Assembly (NCBI GenBank): GCA_023266895.1
Contig: JAHFOI010000001.1
Coordinates: 1 to 52,132 of the forward strand
DNA: 52,132 bases
Direction of reading: 5' to 3'
Source of the DNA: Candidatus Woesearchaeota archaeon
Lineage (GTDB): Archaea; Nanobdellota; Nanobdellia; Woesearchaeales; ARS49
Shown here piece after piece: positions 10,346-20,196 of this stretch; the first letter of the stretch is position 1, and each line of letters begins with the position of its first letter. The position numbers and the translations under genes are program-made. The notes below the pieces were generated by a model. That model saw only the letters and a list, made by a program, of their open reading frames with translations, had not been told where the DNA came from and ran no database searches.

Positions 10346-10939
10346 ATGATGTGTACTAAAAAAAGTAAAATAACTGGTATAGAAAAACCAAGAGGCATTG
10401 TTCAGAAAGCGGGTACAAAGAATGTTGTACTGGTTGGCAGAATGTTGTGTTTTGGGAGTAAAAAATCGCAGATACAAATGTTTGAAAGTGTCGCAATTCT
10501 TGTTGTTTTTTTCTTTTTTATTGCGTTTGGAACAACTATTTGGTATGGCGCGCAAAAGGCCAGTTTTGCGCAGGATCTTGAAAGAACTCTTGAGTCTAAT
10601 GCGCTTGCAATTGCGTTGCGTGCAAGTCATGCACCAGAACTTGACTGTAGTTTATTGGGTGTGCAGCGTCAGGAGTGTATTGATATCACGAAAGCAGCGC
10701 AGTTTGCGAATATAACATTGCAAGAACAAGCGCGTTTGAGCTATTTTGAACTCTTTGGTTTTTCCACAATTGTTCTTCATCAGCTGTATCCAGAAAATCT
10801 TTCAGTATTGCTGTACAATAATCAGCTTTCTAATGCTACAGATATTCATGCAACCTTCCTTCCGATATTGGTTGAGGACCCCAACAAAAATACCTTCTCT
10901 TTTGGTATGCTTGAGGTGCACACGTATGCAATGCCGTAA
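10346..10939 (+). CDS. Pilin-like membrane-anchored protein
   Basis: Contains ...GSKKSQ/IQMFESVAILVVFFFFIAFG. A TATA-like ttaataca lies 20-27 nt upstream of ATG 10346. Alternative ATG at 10442 (MLCFGSKKSQ...). Confidence 0.45.
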   Translation: MMCTKKSKITGIEKPRGIVQKAGTKNVVLVGRMLCFGSKKSQIQMFESVAILVVFFFFIAFGTTIWYGAQKASFAQDLERTLESNALAIALRASHAPELDCSLLGVQRQECIDITKAAQFANITLQEQARLSYFELFGFSTIVLHQLYPENLSVLLYNNQLSNATDIHATFLPILVEDPNKNTFSFGMLEVHTYAMP

Positions 10940-11426
10940 CAAACACTCAAAAACTCAGGGCAAGGGTCAAATGGAAATTATGGGTCTTGCAATTATTATC
11001 ATTCTTGTTGTTCTTGCGCTTCTTTTTACGCTTCACTTTGTCAGGCAGGAATCACAAGAACGTTCAATTCCTGATAGTCTCATGGCAAACATGTTTGTGA
11101 GCACGTATCTTGATACAACTGTACCAGACTGTAGTAATGTAAGAATAAAAGATTTGTTGAAGGATTGTGGTCAAAGCAATAGTATGGTGTGTCCTAGTGG
11201 AAAAACAGCGTGTCAGCAGGCAGAAGGGGTAACTAAAAGAATTACCTCTTCATATGAGAAAATTCTTCATCGGCACTTTAATCTTATTATTCAAGGTCCA
11301 CAAAATCTTCAGGCAATGAGTATTCGCGTGGCGTGTTCTGGAGAACGTGAAAGCTCAAAACCGTTTATTGTACCTACCATTGGAGGAACTGGTATAACAG
11401 TGCGATTTGAGATTTGTGAAAAATAA
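10926..11426 (+). CDS. Pilin-like small protein
   Basis: ATG 10926 overlaps the previous gene by 14 nt and gives MQCRNKHSKTQGKGQ/MEIMGLAIIIILVVLALLF. The track start 10746 is TTG and lies inside the upstream gene. Confidence 0.5.
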   Translation: MQCRNKHSKTQGKGQMEIMGLAIIIILVVLALLFTLHFVRQESQERSIPDSLMANMFVSTYLDTTVPDCSNVRIKDLLKDCGQSNSMVCPSGKTACQQAEGVTKRITSSYEKILHRHFNLIIQGPQNLQAMSIRVACSGERESSKPFIVPTIGGTGITVRFEICEK

Positions 11427-11433
11427 CTGCACG

Positions 11434-11441
11434 TTTTTTTT
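11434..11441 (+). terminator. Oligo-T tract at the end of the surface-protein operon
   Basis: A T8 run lies 8 nt after the stop at 11426, in a 28-nt convergent gap. Oligo-T is the usual archaeal termination signal. Confidence 0.3.
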
Positions 11442-11454
11442 CTCTTTTCTTCTT

Positions 11455-13152
11455 TCACTTTCTTTTTCGTAACTGTATTGCAATCGTGAGTGCAAGTCCG
11501 AGAAGTACACAATACCCGAGCAAGGCAGATAACTGTAGAGAAACCTCTCCAAGACTTTCGTGGAAAAGCATTGTTTTTCGTAGTACTGTGCTGCCAAGTA
11601 CAAAGGGATTTTGGCCAGAAACTGTTTGAAGCCATGAGGGCATGCTTTCTATGGGGATGATTACATCGCTTACGAATAATAATGCGCTTCCAATCATGAC
11701 TGCTGCAAGCGTGGCAGTTTCTTCAGTGTTGAATAATTCGCCAATGAGCATGCCTGCAAGAGAAAACAAGAGGATAACTGTGAGTAGCACAATACTTGTT
11801 GCGCCAAGAGAACCAAGCACTTGTGCAGTAAAAAAAAGTCCTGCGATAGTTAAAATAATAATTGATTGAAACACAACCAGCAACACGCTTGTTAAGAAAA
11901 TTGCGCCTGCAAACATCAATGGCGGGGCAGGGCTTAAATAGTTTCTAAAGCCCGCAGGAGAATTCTTGTCCATGAGCACAAGAATCTGGCTTACGAGTAA
12001 TGCAGTGAACATGATCACGAGTACGATGAGTACTGGAAATACATAATTCAGGTATGAACGTTCAGCAACCACTGGCTTAATACTTGTCTGGATAGGTGCA
12101 ACAATTGAAGCAGGATCAATAACTTCTATAGCATCAATAATTTCTTGCACGTGATTCATGCTTTTTTGCACAAATACTACTTGAATGAGTGCGTGATCAA
12201 GATTTTGTACAAGGGTATCGATGCGGTCTTTATTCACAGTTTTTGAGTCAGTAAGACGTGCGAGTTGAGATTTTGTTTGTTCAATTTGTAAGGTTAATGC
12301 ATCTGAAACAAGGTTAAAATCATTGACTTGATTTTTTGCCATACCTGATGCATTGGCAAGGTCAAGGCGTAGTAAGTCGATACTGGTTCGTTCTTTTTTG
12401 AGTGTAGAAGTATTTAGGTCTTTGCCCAGTAAGTCTTGTGCTGCGCGAATGCCTTTATCTGCTTGGTCTAAGCTTTTATCTGCCAGCACAGAAAGTGCGC
12501 CAAACCAGTAATTTACTAATCCTTTTGAATGGGACATGTTGTTTAGCGTGTCTTGGTCAAGGCGACTGTCTACATCAAGGCTTCCAAGATCAGTTTGCAC
12601 GAGTGTGGCAAGACGGTGTGATTCTTCATTGAGTGTTGTTAAGGAGATCATGTGCTGGCCACGTGCTTTCAGTTCAGTGGCAGTTGCTTCTAGTGCGCGC
12701 AACAAAACTGCAGTAAGATTCGTGCTTAATTCCTGAGAACGGCTGCGTACACTTTTACTCATTACATCAAGTACAGTCCACACCAGATTCAAACGTGAGT
12801 AATCAACAAAAAACTGAATTTCATTTGACAAATTTTTTGCAAGTGTGAAGTCTGGAGAAAAGACCACGCAGGTGTGTATGTCGCCACTTTTAATTGCTTG
12901 CACACAAGTGTCTTGGGACGCATATTTTTTTACAGAAAACTGGCTTTGGGATAATCTGTCAACAAAGCTAGTACTTAATGAGTTGTATTGAGAGGAAAAC
13001 GTGCCAACCTTTACTGCATAGGTATTTGTGTTGTCAAATGCTAACCCTGCGAGAAGTATGACCAGCAGTGGTCCGAGCACAATAATTGCAGCACTGCTTT
13101 TTGCGCGTAAAAGGACAAGTATGTTTTTTTTAATTAATACAACAAGGTTCAT
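11455..13152 (-). CDS. ABC-2 type permease with large extracytoplasmic coiled-coil insert (YhgE/Pip-like topology)
   Basis: One N-terminal TM helix, a roughly 330-aa polar/coiled region, then about 5 C-terminal TM helices. ATGA overlap with the ATPase gene at 13149-13152. Confidence 0.7.
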   Translation of the reverse strand: MNLVVLIKKNILVLLRAKSSAAIIVLGPLLVILLAGLAFDNTNTYAVKVGTFSSQYNSLSTSFVDRLSQSQFSVKKYASQDTCVQAIKSGDIHTCVVFSPDFTLAKNLSNEIQFFVDYSRLNLVWTVLDVMSKSVRSRSQELSTNLTAVLLRALEATATELKARGQHMISLTTLNEESHRLATLVQTDLGSLDVDSRLDQDTLNNMSHSKGLVNYWFGALSVLADKSLDQADKGIRAAQDLLGKDLNTSTLKKERTSIDLLRLDLANASGMAKNQVNDFNLVSDALTLQIEQTKSQLARLTDSKTVNKDRIDTLVQNLDHALIQVVFVQKSMNHVQEIIDAIEVIDPASIVAPIQTSIKPVVAERSYLNYVFPVLIVLVIMFTALLVSQILVLMDKNSPAGFRNYLSPAPPLMFAGAIFLTSVLLVVFQSIIILTIAGLFFTAQVLGSLGATSIVLLTVILLFSLAGMLIGELFNTEETATLAAVMIGSALLFVSDVIIPIESMPSWLQTVSGQNPFVLGSTVLRKTMLFHESLGEVSLQLSALLGYCVLLGLALTIAIQLRKRK

Positions 13153-14237
13153 TGTTTCACCAATGCAGTAAACACTTCTTGAATGCTTGGGCGTGCAACA
13201 TGAAGAAACTGGATTTTTTCGCCAGACTGGTGGACACTTGCGCTTATGATATCAAGCACATGTTCTGGGAAGGGTGTGCGTACGCGCAAACTCTGTTCAT
13301 GACGCTCAACTGATGAGCATATGCGTTGCTGTTGAAGTCCTGCAATTACTGAAGCATAGTCTTTACGAACAGTCTGGAGATGTACAACAAAGTCTCTGGA
13401 GTACAAGCGCTTTAATTCATCAGGACTTCCCACTTCAGTAATGGTGTTATTTCGCAGTATTGCAATGCGTTCACATAAATGTTCAATTTCTCCTAAAAAG
13501 TGTGATGACATGATGATGGTTGTGCCATGTTTGTTAATTTCGCGGACTAAATGGAGCATGCTTGTGCGTAAAATAGGGTCAAGGTCAGCAGTTGGTTCAT
13601 CAAGAATCAAGACTGCAGGGTCATGAATTAATGCGCAGGCAATATCAAGTCGTTTTTGCATGCCTCCAGACAAGTCAGCTGCAAGTACGTCAGCATTGCC
13701 GTCAAGTCCGACCACACGCAATAAGCCATGTGCTCTTGATTCAGCTTCATGTAAACCTACGCCATACAGGGATGCAAAGTGTGTTAAGTTTTCTTTGCAG
13801 GTTAGTTTTCCATAAATGCTTGGTTTTTGTGTGCTGAAGCCAACAAGTGATTTTAGTTCTTGGCGGTTTTTAAAAACACTAAAAAACTTTTTGCTGTGTG
13901 CAACGGTTACATCGCCTTTGTCTGGCTGATAAAATCCTACAAGTAGGTTAAGGAGTGTTGTCTTGCCTGAGCCAGAGGGTCCGATGATGCCAAATATTTC
14001 TCCTTTTTCAACTTCAAGGTATACATTATCAAGCACAATTTTTTTGCCAAATGTTTTGCGTAAGCCTTCAACTTTGAGGACAGTGTTATGCGGAAGTTCT
14101 TGAGCTTGTTCGTTGAGTATTGCACTGACCTCATCTTTAGGCCAGCCAGAGTTCACTAAGAAGCTTTGCACATCAGGTGTGCTCATGCCTCGAACAAGTG
14201 CTTGGCGAACATAGTTTTTAAGTGCAGCATCAGCCAT
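13149..14237 (-). CDS. ABC transporter ATP-binding protein with ~55-aa N-terminal extension
   Basis: Walker A GPSGSGKTT, signature LSGGMQKR, Walker B LILDEPT. ATG at 14237 (track start 14252 is TTG). Confidence 0.9.
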   Translation of the reverse strand: MADAALKNYVRQALVRGMSTPDVQSFLVNSGWPKDEVSAILNEQAQELPHNTVLKVEGLRKTFGKKIVLDNVYLEVEKGEIFGIIGPSGSGKTTLLNLLVGFYQPDKGDVTVAHSKKFFSVFKNRQELKSLVGFSTQKPSIYGKLTCKENLTHFASLYGVGLHEAESRAHGLLRVVGLDGNADVLAADLSGGMQKRLDIACALIHDPAVLILDEPTADLDPILRTSMLHLVREINKHGTTIIMSSHFLGEIEHLCERIAILRNNTITEVGSPDELKRLYSRDFVVHLQTVRKDYASVIAGLQQQRICSSVERHEQSLRVRTPFPEHVLDIISASVHQSGEKIQFLHVARPSIQEVFTALVKQ

Positions 14238-14346
14238 AGTTCTTCCTCTCAAGCTGCATTTTTAAAAGAATGCCACTACTAAAGAAGAGTTACTGGAGTT
14301 TGTGGAGCGAGGGGATATGCTATTTTTTGAGCACTCCTCCGCAAGG

Positions 14347-14355
14347 TTTTTATAA
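14347..14355 (+). promoter_or_regulatory. TATA box for leaderless mbf1
   Basis: tttttataa lies 22-30 nt upstream of ATG 14377. Confidence 0.55.
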
Positions 14356-14376
14356 CTCTATCTATGGGAAAAATTC

Positions 14377-14871
14377 ATGACGTCATGTGAGCTTTGTGGT
14401 AGCATAAAACCGCCGTTGGTGTTTGCTGAAGTAGAGGGTAGCAGGCTTACGGTGTGTAGAGCCTGTAGTGCGTATGGCAAAGTACTTCCTTTCCAGCAGC
14501 GTTTTCAACCAAACTCAAAAACAAGTGGATCAAAAAATAACTTGGGCAATCAACAAGCACTCCCTCTTAAAAAAGAACCAGTTACGTATGAGGCAGTGGT
14601 GCAAGAGTATGCTCAGCGTATACGAGAGGCTCGGGAAAAACTTAAACTAACACAGCAAGAGTTTGCAAAGCATATCACCGAAAAAGAAAGTATGGTTTCT
14701 CACTGGGAATCTGGCAGTATAGAACCAAGTCTTGATACTGCCAAAAAAATCCAGCATACGCTTCACATTCAGCTTGTTGAAATGCGTACTGAAGAACCAG
14801 TCATACGTTCGCAAAAAAAGAGTTCAGCAGGACTTACCATTGGTGATATACTGGCGCAAAAGATGAAATAA
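14377..14871 (+). CDS. mbf1: Archaeal multiprotein bridging factor 1 (Zn-ribbon + HTH)
   Basis: N-terminal CELCG...CRAC zinc ribbon and C-terminal HTH LTQQEFAKHITEKESMVSHWESG. Confidence 0.8.
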   Translation: MTSCELCGSIKPPLVFAEVEGSRLTVCRACSAYGKVLPFQQRFQPNSKTSGSKNNLGNQQALPLKKEPVTYEAVVQEYAQRIREAREKLKLTQQEFAKHITEKESMVSHWESGSIEPSLDTAKKIQHTLHIQLVEMRTEEPVIRSQKKSSAGLTIGDILAQKMK

Positions 14872-14936
14872 TGAGATGTCTGAAAAACTCTTATGATGAG
14901 CAGAATTTAAAGAGCTCACATTTTTGAATGATTTTT

Positions 14937-16388
14937 TTACTGATATGCATTATTCCTAAAAATAAGATGCCAGCACCTTCTTCGTGAAGCATTTAGCACA
15001 GGAACAAAATGTTCTGATAAAAACGCGCGTGTATCATTTAATTCTTGAGCGCAATGCATATCTGCATCTGCGCAAATAATGCCTCCACCACAATTGTCTA
15101 AAGCAACATATTCAATATTATTCGTGTGTTGAACAAGATATTCATGAAAACTCTTGGCAATCGTGCCATCATAGACTGGATAGTACACTTTGTGAAGCAA
15201 TAGGTCACTATACACTGCCATCACAGGATTCGCAATCCACACCTCGCCAGAAGCATCCACATTCGCAAAAAACTGTAAATATGCTTCTGAAATATCATCC
15301 TTAGCTACATATTCGCCTTGATAAAATGTTATTGCATGAAACACCGCAACACCAAGAAGTACAAAACACACAACATGCCACAGCCATGCTTTCTTGCAGC
15401 ACCAGGACTTATTGAAGAACCACTGCACTCCTTCACACGCAAGTAATGTTACAAAAGGAAGAAAACTGAGTAAATAGCGATAATCCCTGCAAGGCAGCAA
15501 AGAGTAATACGCTAACGGAAATAATGTGCACAGCACAACAACCATGCGTGTGCGTGAAGGTTTTACCAAAAATAAGGTGAATCCAATAACTGCAAATGCA
15601 TACACCCAGTGTTCAAACCACAATAATTGAAAGTAGGCATACCATGGGCGTGCGTGAAGTACTGTGCATCCTAATACTTTGCCAATCACTCGTTGTCCTT
15701 CTATAAAGGAGTGTAGTGGGTTGCTATACATCCACGTGCTCCAGACCAGAAATGGTGCGACCACAACACCAAAACCAGCACCTAACTTGCAGCATTGTTG
15801 CCAGATGTGTTTCCAGGAGTTCTGCCAGCACAACATGCAGAGTAATGCAATGCCAAATATTCCGCTTGGAAATCGTGTTAGGGTAGCAAGACCAAGGCTA
15901 AGACCTGCCCAGAAGAGTGATTCATTCAAAAAAAGCAACACGCTTAGTAGTACGAAAAATAATGAAGGTATTTCAGTGTACTCATGAAATCCTAAAAAGA
16001 AAAAGATTTGTGAAAAACCAAATAAACCAGTAGCGAGCAATGCAGTTCGTTCATCACTCATTTTTTTACATATCTTAAATACCAGCCACATGCATCCTAT
16101 TGAAAGAACCAACATGATCGCTCGTGCAGCAAGCACAGGTGATATGCTGAGTTTCCAAAAAAAGCCAAGCACTACAGGCCACAGCACAGGACGAATGTCT
16201 TCCCATAATCCTGCACTGCCTAATGACCAGAGCCATTTGCCCATGCCCAGGTACACTCCAGAATCCCACCATATTTCATGCCAGCGAAATGCAAATAATA
16301 ATCGTACCAGCAAGCTAATTCCCAGCAACCACCAAATTCCTTGTTTCATAAAATATTTGTCAATCAATTCTTGACAGTTTTTTTTCAT
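14937..16388 (-). CDS. GT-C fold glycosyltransferase (ArnT/PMT_2, family 39-like)
   Basis: About 12 TM helices, Trp-rich N-terminal loop, soluble C-terminal domain. The start overlaps the upstream stop (TAATG at 16386-16390). Confidence 0.6.
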   Translation of the reverse strand: MKKNCQELIDKYFMKQGIWWLLGISLLVRLLFAFRWHEIWWDSGVYLGMGKWLWSLGSAGLWEDIRPVLWPVVLGFFWKLSISPVLAARAIMLVLSIGCMWLVFKICKKMSDERTALLATGLFGFSQIFFFLGFHEYTEIPSLFFVLLSVLLFLNESLFWAGLSLGLATLTRFPSGIFGIALLCMLCWQNSWKHIWQQCCKLGAGFGVVVAPFLVWSTWMYSNPLHSFIEGQRVIGKVLGCTVLHARPWYAYFQLLWFEHWVYAFAVIGFTLFLVKPSRTRMVVVLCTLFPLAYYSLLPCRDYRYLLSFLPFVTLLACEGVQWFFNKSWCCKKAWLWHVVCFVLLGVAVFHAITFYQGEYVAKDDISEAYLQFFANVDASGEVWIANPVMAVYSDLLLHKVYYPVYDGTIAKSFHEYLVQHTNNIEYVALDNCGGGIICADADMHCAQELNDTRAFLSEHFVPVLNASRRRCWHLIFRNNAYQ

Positions 16389-18514
16389 TACTCAAACCTC
16401 GGATTCACATCGCCGAAACAAGTTTGGTTTGCAAATTCTTGAAACAATAAATAACCATAGGGGTATGGTGCTGAATGAAATAAGACTGCGTGTCGTGATG
16501 AATTTTTGGCAAGCCAGTCGCGTACGTGTACATAATCATCCTGAGAATAAACGCGTACTGCAATGGTGTTGGCGCCAATAGACTCTGCCGTGCTTGTTAT
16601 GGTACTGGTTTGATTAAAGTCAGTGATTTGTACTGAGACAATATCAAGAGGAAATGTAGTGCGTAATTCTTCAAAATAATTTGTAGGCGTTTGGTAATAC
16701 CACAATGCGTATGGTAGAGGGGTGGCGTTTTCAACAACCACAACTTGGTTGCGTTGAAGCACACATTCCTGGCCTCCAATAATTGTTGTGTTATTTACGA
16801 AATGAAGTGGTGGGCTTGGTAGTAATTTCAGGTCATGTCCGAGACCAAGAAATGCATACTTGTCAGGAAAGCATACGACCGTAATGTCATGTTCAGAAAG
16901 ATATTGTGCTGCTGCAACTTTGCCTGGGTGATCACAGTCGCTCCAGACAACAGAAGCATTCAAACGAATTGCTTGTTCAACTAGCATGTTCACGCCATGC
17001 GTATCTATTAGTAAGCCAATATTCTTGTGCAAAAATCTTGCAGTAGGATATGAAACTTTATCTAAAGGAACTTCAAATCTGAACACTCCTTTTTCATCAG
17101 GAGCATACCACTTGCCTGAGGAGTATGCTACCATGGTTCCTGTGGCAGTCAATGGAATGATACGTGTTTTGTTGAGCACATTTAGCAAACGACCTCCTTC
17201 GTGCCATCCAATATCTGCACGTAGTTCCTCTTCAGAAAGTGTATGTTCTTCAGAAAAAACATGTAGCACTTTATTACCCCAAGGGCTTTGATTTAAGTGT
17301 CCTCCGAGCCAGTCTCGTTTCACTCTGTCAGTTTGAGGCAGGACGCGCGCACCGTCAAGCAGTGTAAGACGTGAACTGCCAAGCACAACACGTGATGCAT
17401 TATGCGCACCTGTTGAGCTGGTAGGAGCAATAGAAAGTGGTGCGAAATGTATGGTTGGTTCTTGATTATTTGCAAGTGCATGAAGAATATCTGCGCGCCA
17501 TTGCACTCCTAATTTACGCCATGCTGATTCTGCTTGTGTAAGCGCAATTGCGTTATTGCGACCGCATCTCACGCTGGCAATTGTTTCTAATAATAATGCG
17601 CGTTCTTCAAGAACAATTGCACTTTCAGGCATGTTTGTGAGCGCATCAAGGGCAGCATCATAATCGGCTAATGAATTGCAAATCAATGTTCTGTTCGCAA
17701 ATACTCTTCCTGCAAGTAATTTCAGATCACCTTTTGCAAAAGAATCATTAACGTGAATCAATAGTTTTTCAGTTTGATTTTTAAACCAGGTCATGTTGGT
17801 TCCAGCACTTCGCAGTACATATCCAAAATCAATAGGTGCATAGGGGTCTGGCGTTCGTAAAATGCTCAAAATTGTTGCATTAAGTACTCCTTGATATGCA
17901 AAACCTTCGTGTTTTACGTTGCCTATAATGATGGTGGGTGCGCGAGAAACATTATTCGCTTTGGCAAATAGTCCGACAAGTGGTTCGTCAATGTAGTCTT
18001 TGTCAATGGATAGCACAATTACTTTATCTTCATATGCTTTGCTTAAGTCTTCAAGCACAAAACCTTCACGTACGCTTAATTCATTATCAACGCTGTAAAA
18101 AAACACAATTGGAATGTAAGGATTGCCGCATTCAGTGTTCACGCCTTGTACCAAAGAAAAAAACCTGAGCTGCAAGAGAATATATTTACGTTTCAAATAA
18201 TCAAAGTCTTTTTTGTTCAGCCAGCTTGCAGAAGAGTATCCGCTTAAGTCAGCGCCTACTTGGCGCATTTGCTTTTTTAGTTCAACAACTCGCTCACGAA
18301 GTAAATTGCATGGCGCAGCACTCACTGTTTGAGTGAATTCTTGTTCTACAACAAAACTCAACCTGCCAATTTCGTGTGAAACCATTTGGTTAAGAATAGT
18401 ATCAACACGCACAAAATCAAGTCCGTAATTGAGCAGAATGCCTACCATAAAAATACTAAGAGTTATGAAAAATGAAAGCATGATTAGTTCAGCAAAAGAA
18501 TGGTCAAGTGGCAT
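16388..18514 (-). CDS. Membrane-anchored 708-aa extracytoplasmic protein, N-terminal module paralogous to 20482-21177
   Basis: N-terminal TM helix (FAELIMLSFFITLSIFMVGILL). Shares the module C-x-L-x-R-x-R-V-x-E-L ... LKRxYxLLQxR ... N-[VI]-SRAP with the 231-aa protein. Confidence 0.6.
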   Translation of the reverse strand: MPLDHSFAELIMLSFFITLSIFMVGILLNYGLDFVRVDTILNQMVSHEIGRLSFVVEQEFTQTVSAAPCNLLRERVVELKKQMRQVGADLSGYSSASWLNKKDFDYLKRKYILLQLRFFSLVQGVNTECGNPYIPIVFFYSVDNELSVREGFVLEDLSKAYEDKVIVLSIDKDYIDEPLVGLFAKANNVSRAPTIIIGNVKHEGFAYQGVLNATILSILRTPDPYAPIDFGYVLRSAGTNMTWFKNQTEKLLIHVNDSFAKGDLKLLAGRVFANRTLICNSLADYDAALDALTNMPESAIVLEERALLLETIASVRCGRNNAIALTQAESAWRKLGVQWRADILHALANNQEPTIHFAPLSIAPTSSTGAHNASRVVLGSSRLTLLDGARVLPQTDRVKRDWLGGHLNQSPWGNKVLHVFSEEHTLSEEELRADIGWHEGGRLLNVLNKTRIIPLTATGTMVAYSSGKWYAPDEKGVFRFEVPLDKVSYPTARFLHKNIGLLIDTHGVNMLVEQAIRLNASVVWSDCDHPGKVAAAQYLSEHDITVVCFPDKYAFLGLGHDLKLLPSPPLHFVNNTTIIGGQECVLQRNQVVVVENATPLPYALWYYQTPTNYFEELRTTFPLDIVSVQITDFNQTSTITSTAESIGANTIAVRVYSQDDYVHVRDWLAKNSSRHAVLFHSAPYPYGYLLFQEFANQTCFGDVNPRFE

Positions 18515-18564
18515 AAGAACTGAGTAAAAAGACCGCTTTAAAGAGTTTTTGCTTTACCTGTGCT

Positions 18565-18579
18565 TTGGTGAAAATCTCG
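18565..18579. repeat. 15-nt direct repeat, left copy (ttggtgaaaatctcg)
   Basis: An exact copy recurs at 20197-20211. The two copies bracket the plus-strand dehydrogenase gene. Confidence 0.8.
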
Positions 18580-18879
18580 CATTGCTCGCCTTGTTGTCAG
18601 TTTACCTTCCGGAATATCGCCCTAAATGGAGGCTAATTCGAACTTTGGTTCTCGAAGCATTGAGCTTGGAAAATCCAAGATTCAATGCAACCCCCTTCTC
18701 AGTACGCAATATGCTGTGGGAGGTTCTCAATAACTATGGTTCTTGGATCCTTCAAGTGTAAAACACATTGGAGGCTTCACGGAAAGGAAGCAAGGGACTT
18801 TTTCACCAGAGCTGCAAATTTTTCATATAATTCTAAAAAAAGCCTTCGCAAGATTTTTAAGCGGCAGAGTGTGAAGAAA

Positions 18880-20190
18880 ATGAATATGAGTTGGGATAAT
18901 GTAGTTGTTGGGGTTGTAGGACTTGGATATGTTGGACTGCCACTTGCCGTTAGAATGAGCAAATTCTTTAAAACTATAGGCGCTGATGTAAATCAGCAAA
19001 AAATAAATTCGTTAGTTCACGGCATTGACTACACTGGTGATGTTGGTGATGCAATTTTACACGACGCCATTGAATCTGGAAATATTCAATTTACTAACCG
19101 TGCAGAATTGCTTAAAGGTGCAAATTTCATCATTGCAGCAGTGCCGACACCAGTAAGTAAGGCAAAAGTGCCTGACTTGTCCCCAATTCTCTCAGCTGCA
19201 AAAACAATTGGAGAAAACCTTCAGAAAGGCACAACTGTCGTGCTAGAAAGCACAGTTTTCCCTGGTGTTACACAAGAAATTTTTGGTCCGGCAATATCAA
19301 AGTATTCAAGTCTGCAAATGGGAGTAGACTTCTTTTTAGGATATTCGCCTGAACGAGTAAACCCAGGAGACAAAGAACACACCATCGACAAAATTGTCAA
19401 AGTAGTCTCAGGCCAGGATGAGAAAACTCTTAGTCTTGTGGCAGAAGTTTACTCAAAAATAATTTCGGCAGGAATTCATAGGGCATCATGCATTAAAGTG
19501 GCAGAAGCTGCAAAAGTAATTGAGAACACTCAGCGCGATTTAAATATTGCATTAGTGAATGAGTTTGCAAGAATTTTCAGACTGGAAGGCATTGACGTCG
19601 CAGATGTTTTAGCAGCAGCGGCAACAAAGTGGAATTTTCTAAATTTTACGCCCGGTCTTGTCGGAGGACATTGCCTACCAGAAGATCCATACTATTTGAC
19701 GCATCGTGCACGAGAAAAGGGCTACAACCCGTCAATCATACTTGCAGGCAGATATGTGAATGATACTATTGCAGAGGACATTGAGAAAATAATATTGCAA
19801 GGATTAAACACTAGAGGAAAAGCAGCAAGTGCAAGTAAATTATTAATCATGGGCCTAACTTTTAAGGAGAATGTAAATGACTGTCGACACTCAGGCGCAA
19901 AAGATGTTATTGATCGCTTAAGAGAGTGGAACGTAATATTAGATGGGTATGACCCTCAATTGACAGAAGAAACAATTTTGAAGGAATTTCGAGTGCAACC
20001 GCTTGATTTAAACAAACCCTGCCATAAGTATGATGGAATAGTATTAATTTCACCCCACAAAGAAATACTGAAATTCAACCTAAAGACATTAGCTTCTCAG
20101 TGTGCTGATAAACCAGTGTTATTCGACCTCAAACGCTCGTACAGTGCAATAGACGCTCAAAATGCAGGTTTTTTATACCTGCATTTGTAA
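18880..20190 (+). CDS. Nucleotide-sugar 6-dehydrogenase (UDP-glucose/GDP-mannose dehydrogenase family, TviB/WbpO-like)
   Basis: Rossmann motif VGLGYVGLPLA follows directly after ATG 18880. Catalytic GGHCLPEDPYYL is present. The 65-aa extension implied by the track start (18685) has no family counterpart. Confidence 0.85.
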   Translation: MNMSWDNVVVGVVGLGYVGLPLAVRMSKFFKTIGADVNQQKINSLVHGIDYTGDVGDAILHDAIESGNIQFTNRAELLKGANFIIAAVPTPVSKAKVPDLSPILSAAKTIGENLQKGTTVVLESTVFPGVTQEIFGPAISKYSSLQMGVDFFLGYSPERVNPGDKEHTIDKIVKVVSGQDEKTLSLVAEVYSKIISAGIHRASCIKVAEAAKVIENTQRDLNIALVNEFARIFRLEGIDVADVLAAAATKWNFLNFTPGLVGGHCLPEDPYYLTHRAREKGYNPSIILAGRYVNDTIAEDIEKIILQGLNTRGKAASASKLLIMGLTFKENVNDCRHSGAKDVIDRLREWNVILDGYDPQLTEETILKEFRVQPLDLNKPCHKYDGIVLISPHKEILKFNLKTLASQCADKPVLFDLKRSYSAIDAQNAGFLYLHL

Positions 20191-20196
20191 TTGGCG

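Noticed and set aside
14893-14943. C/D-box sRNA-like pattern (ATGATGA ... CTGA, about 51 nt apart) between mbf1 and the GT-C gene
   Set aside because: There are no convincing internal D'/C' boxes at the expected 12-nt guide spacing and no terminal stem. The CTGA lies inside the 3' end of the GT-C coding region.
18685-18879. 65-aa N-terminal extension of the dehydrogenase, as given by the track
   Set aside because: The Rossmann GxGxxG motif that begins this enzyme family follows directly after ATG 18880. The extension has no family counterpart and its sequence looks non-coding.
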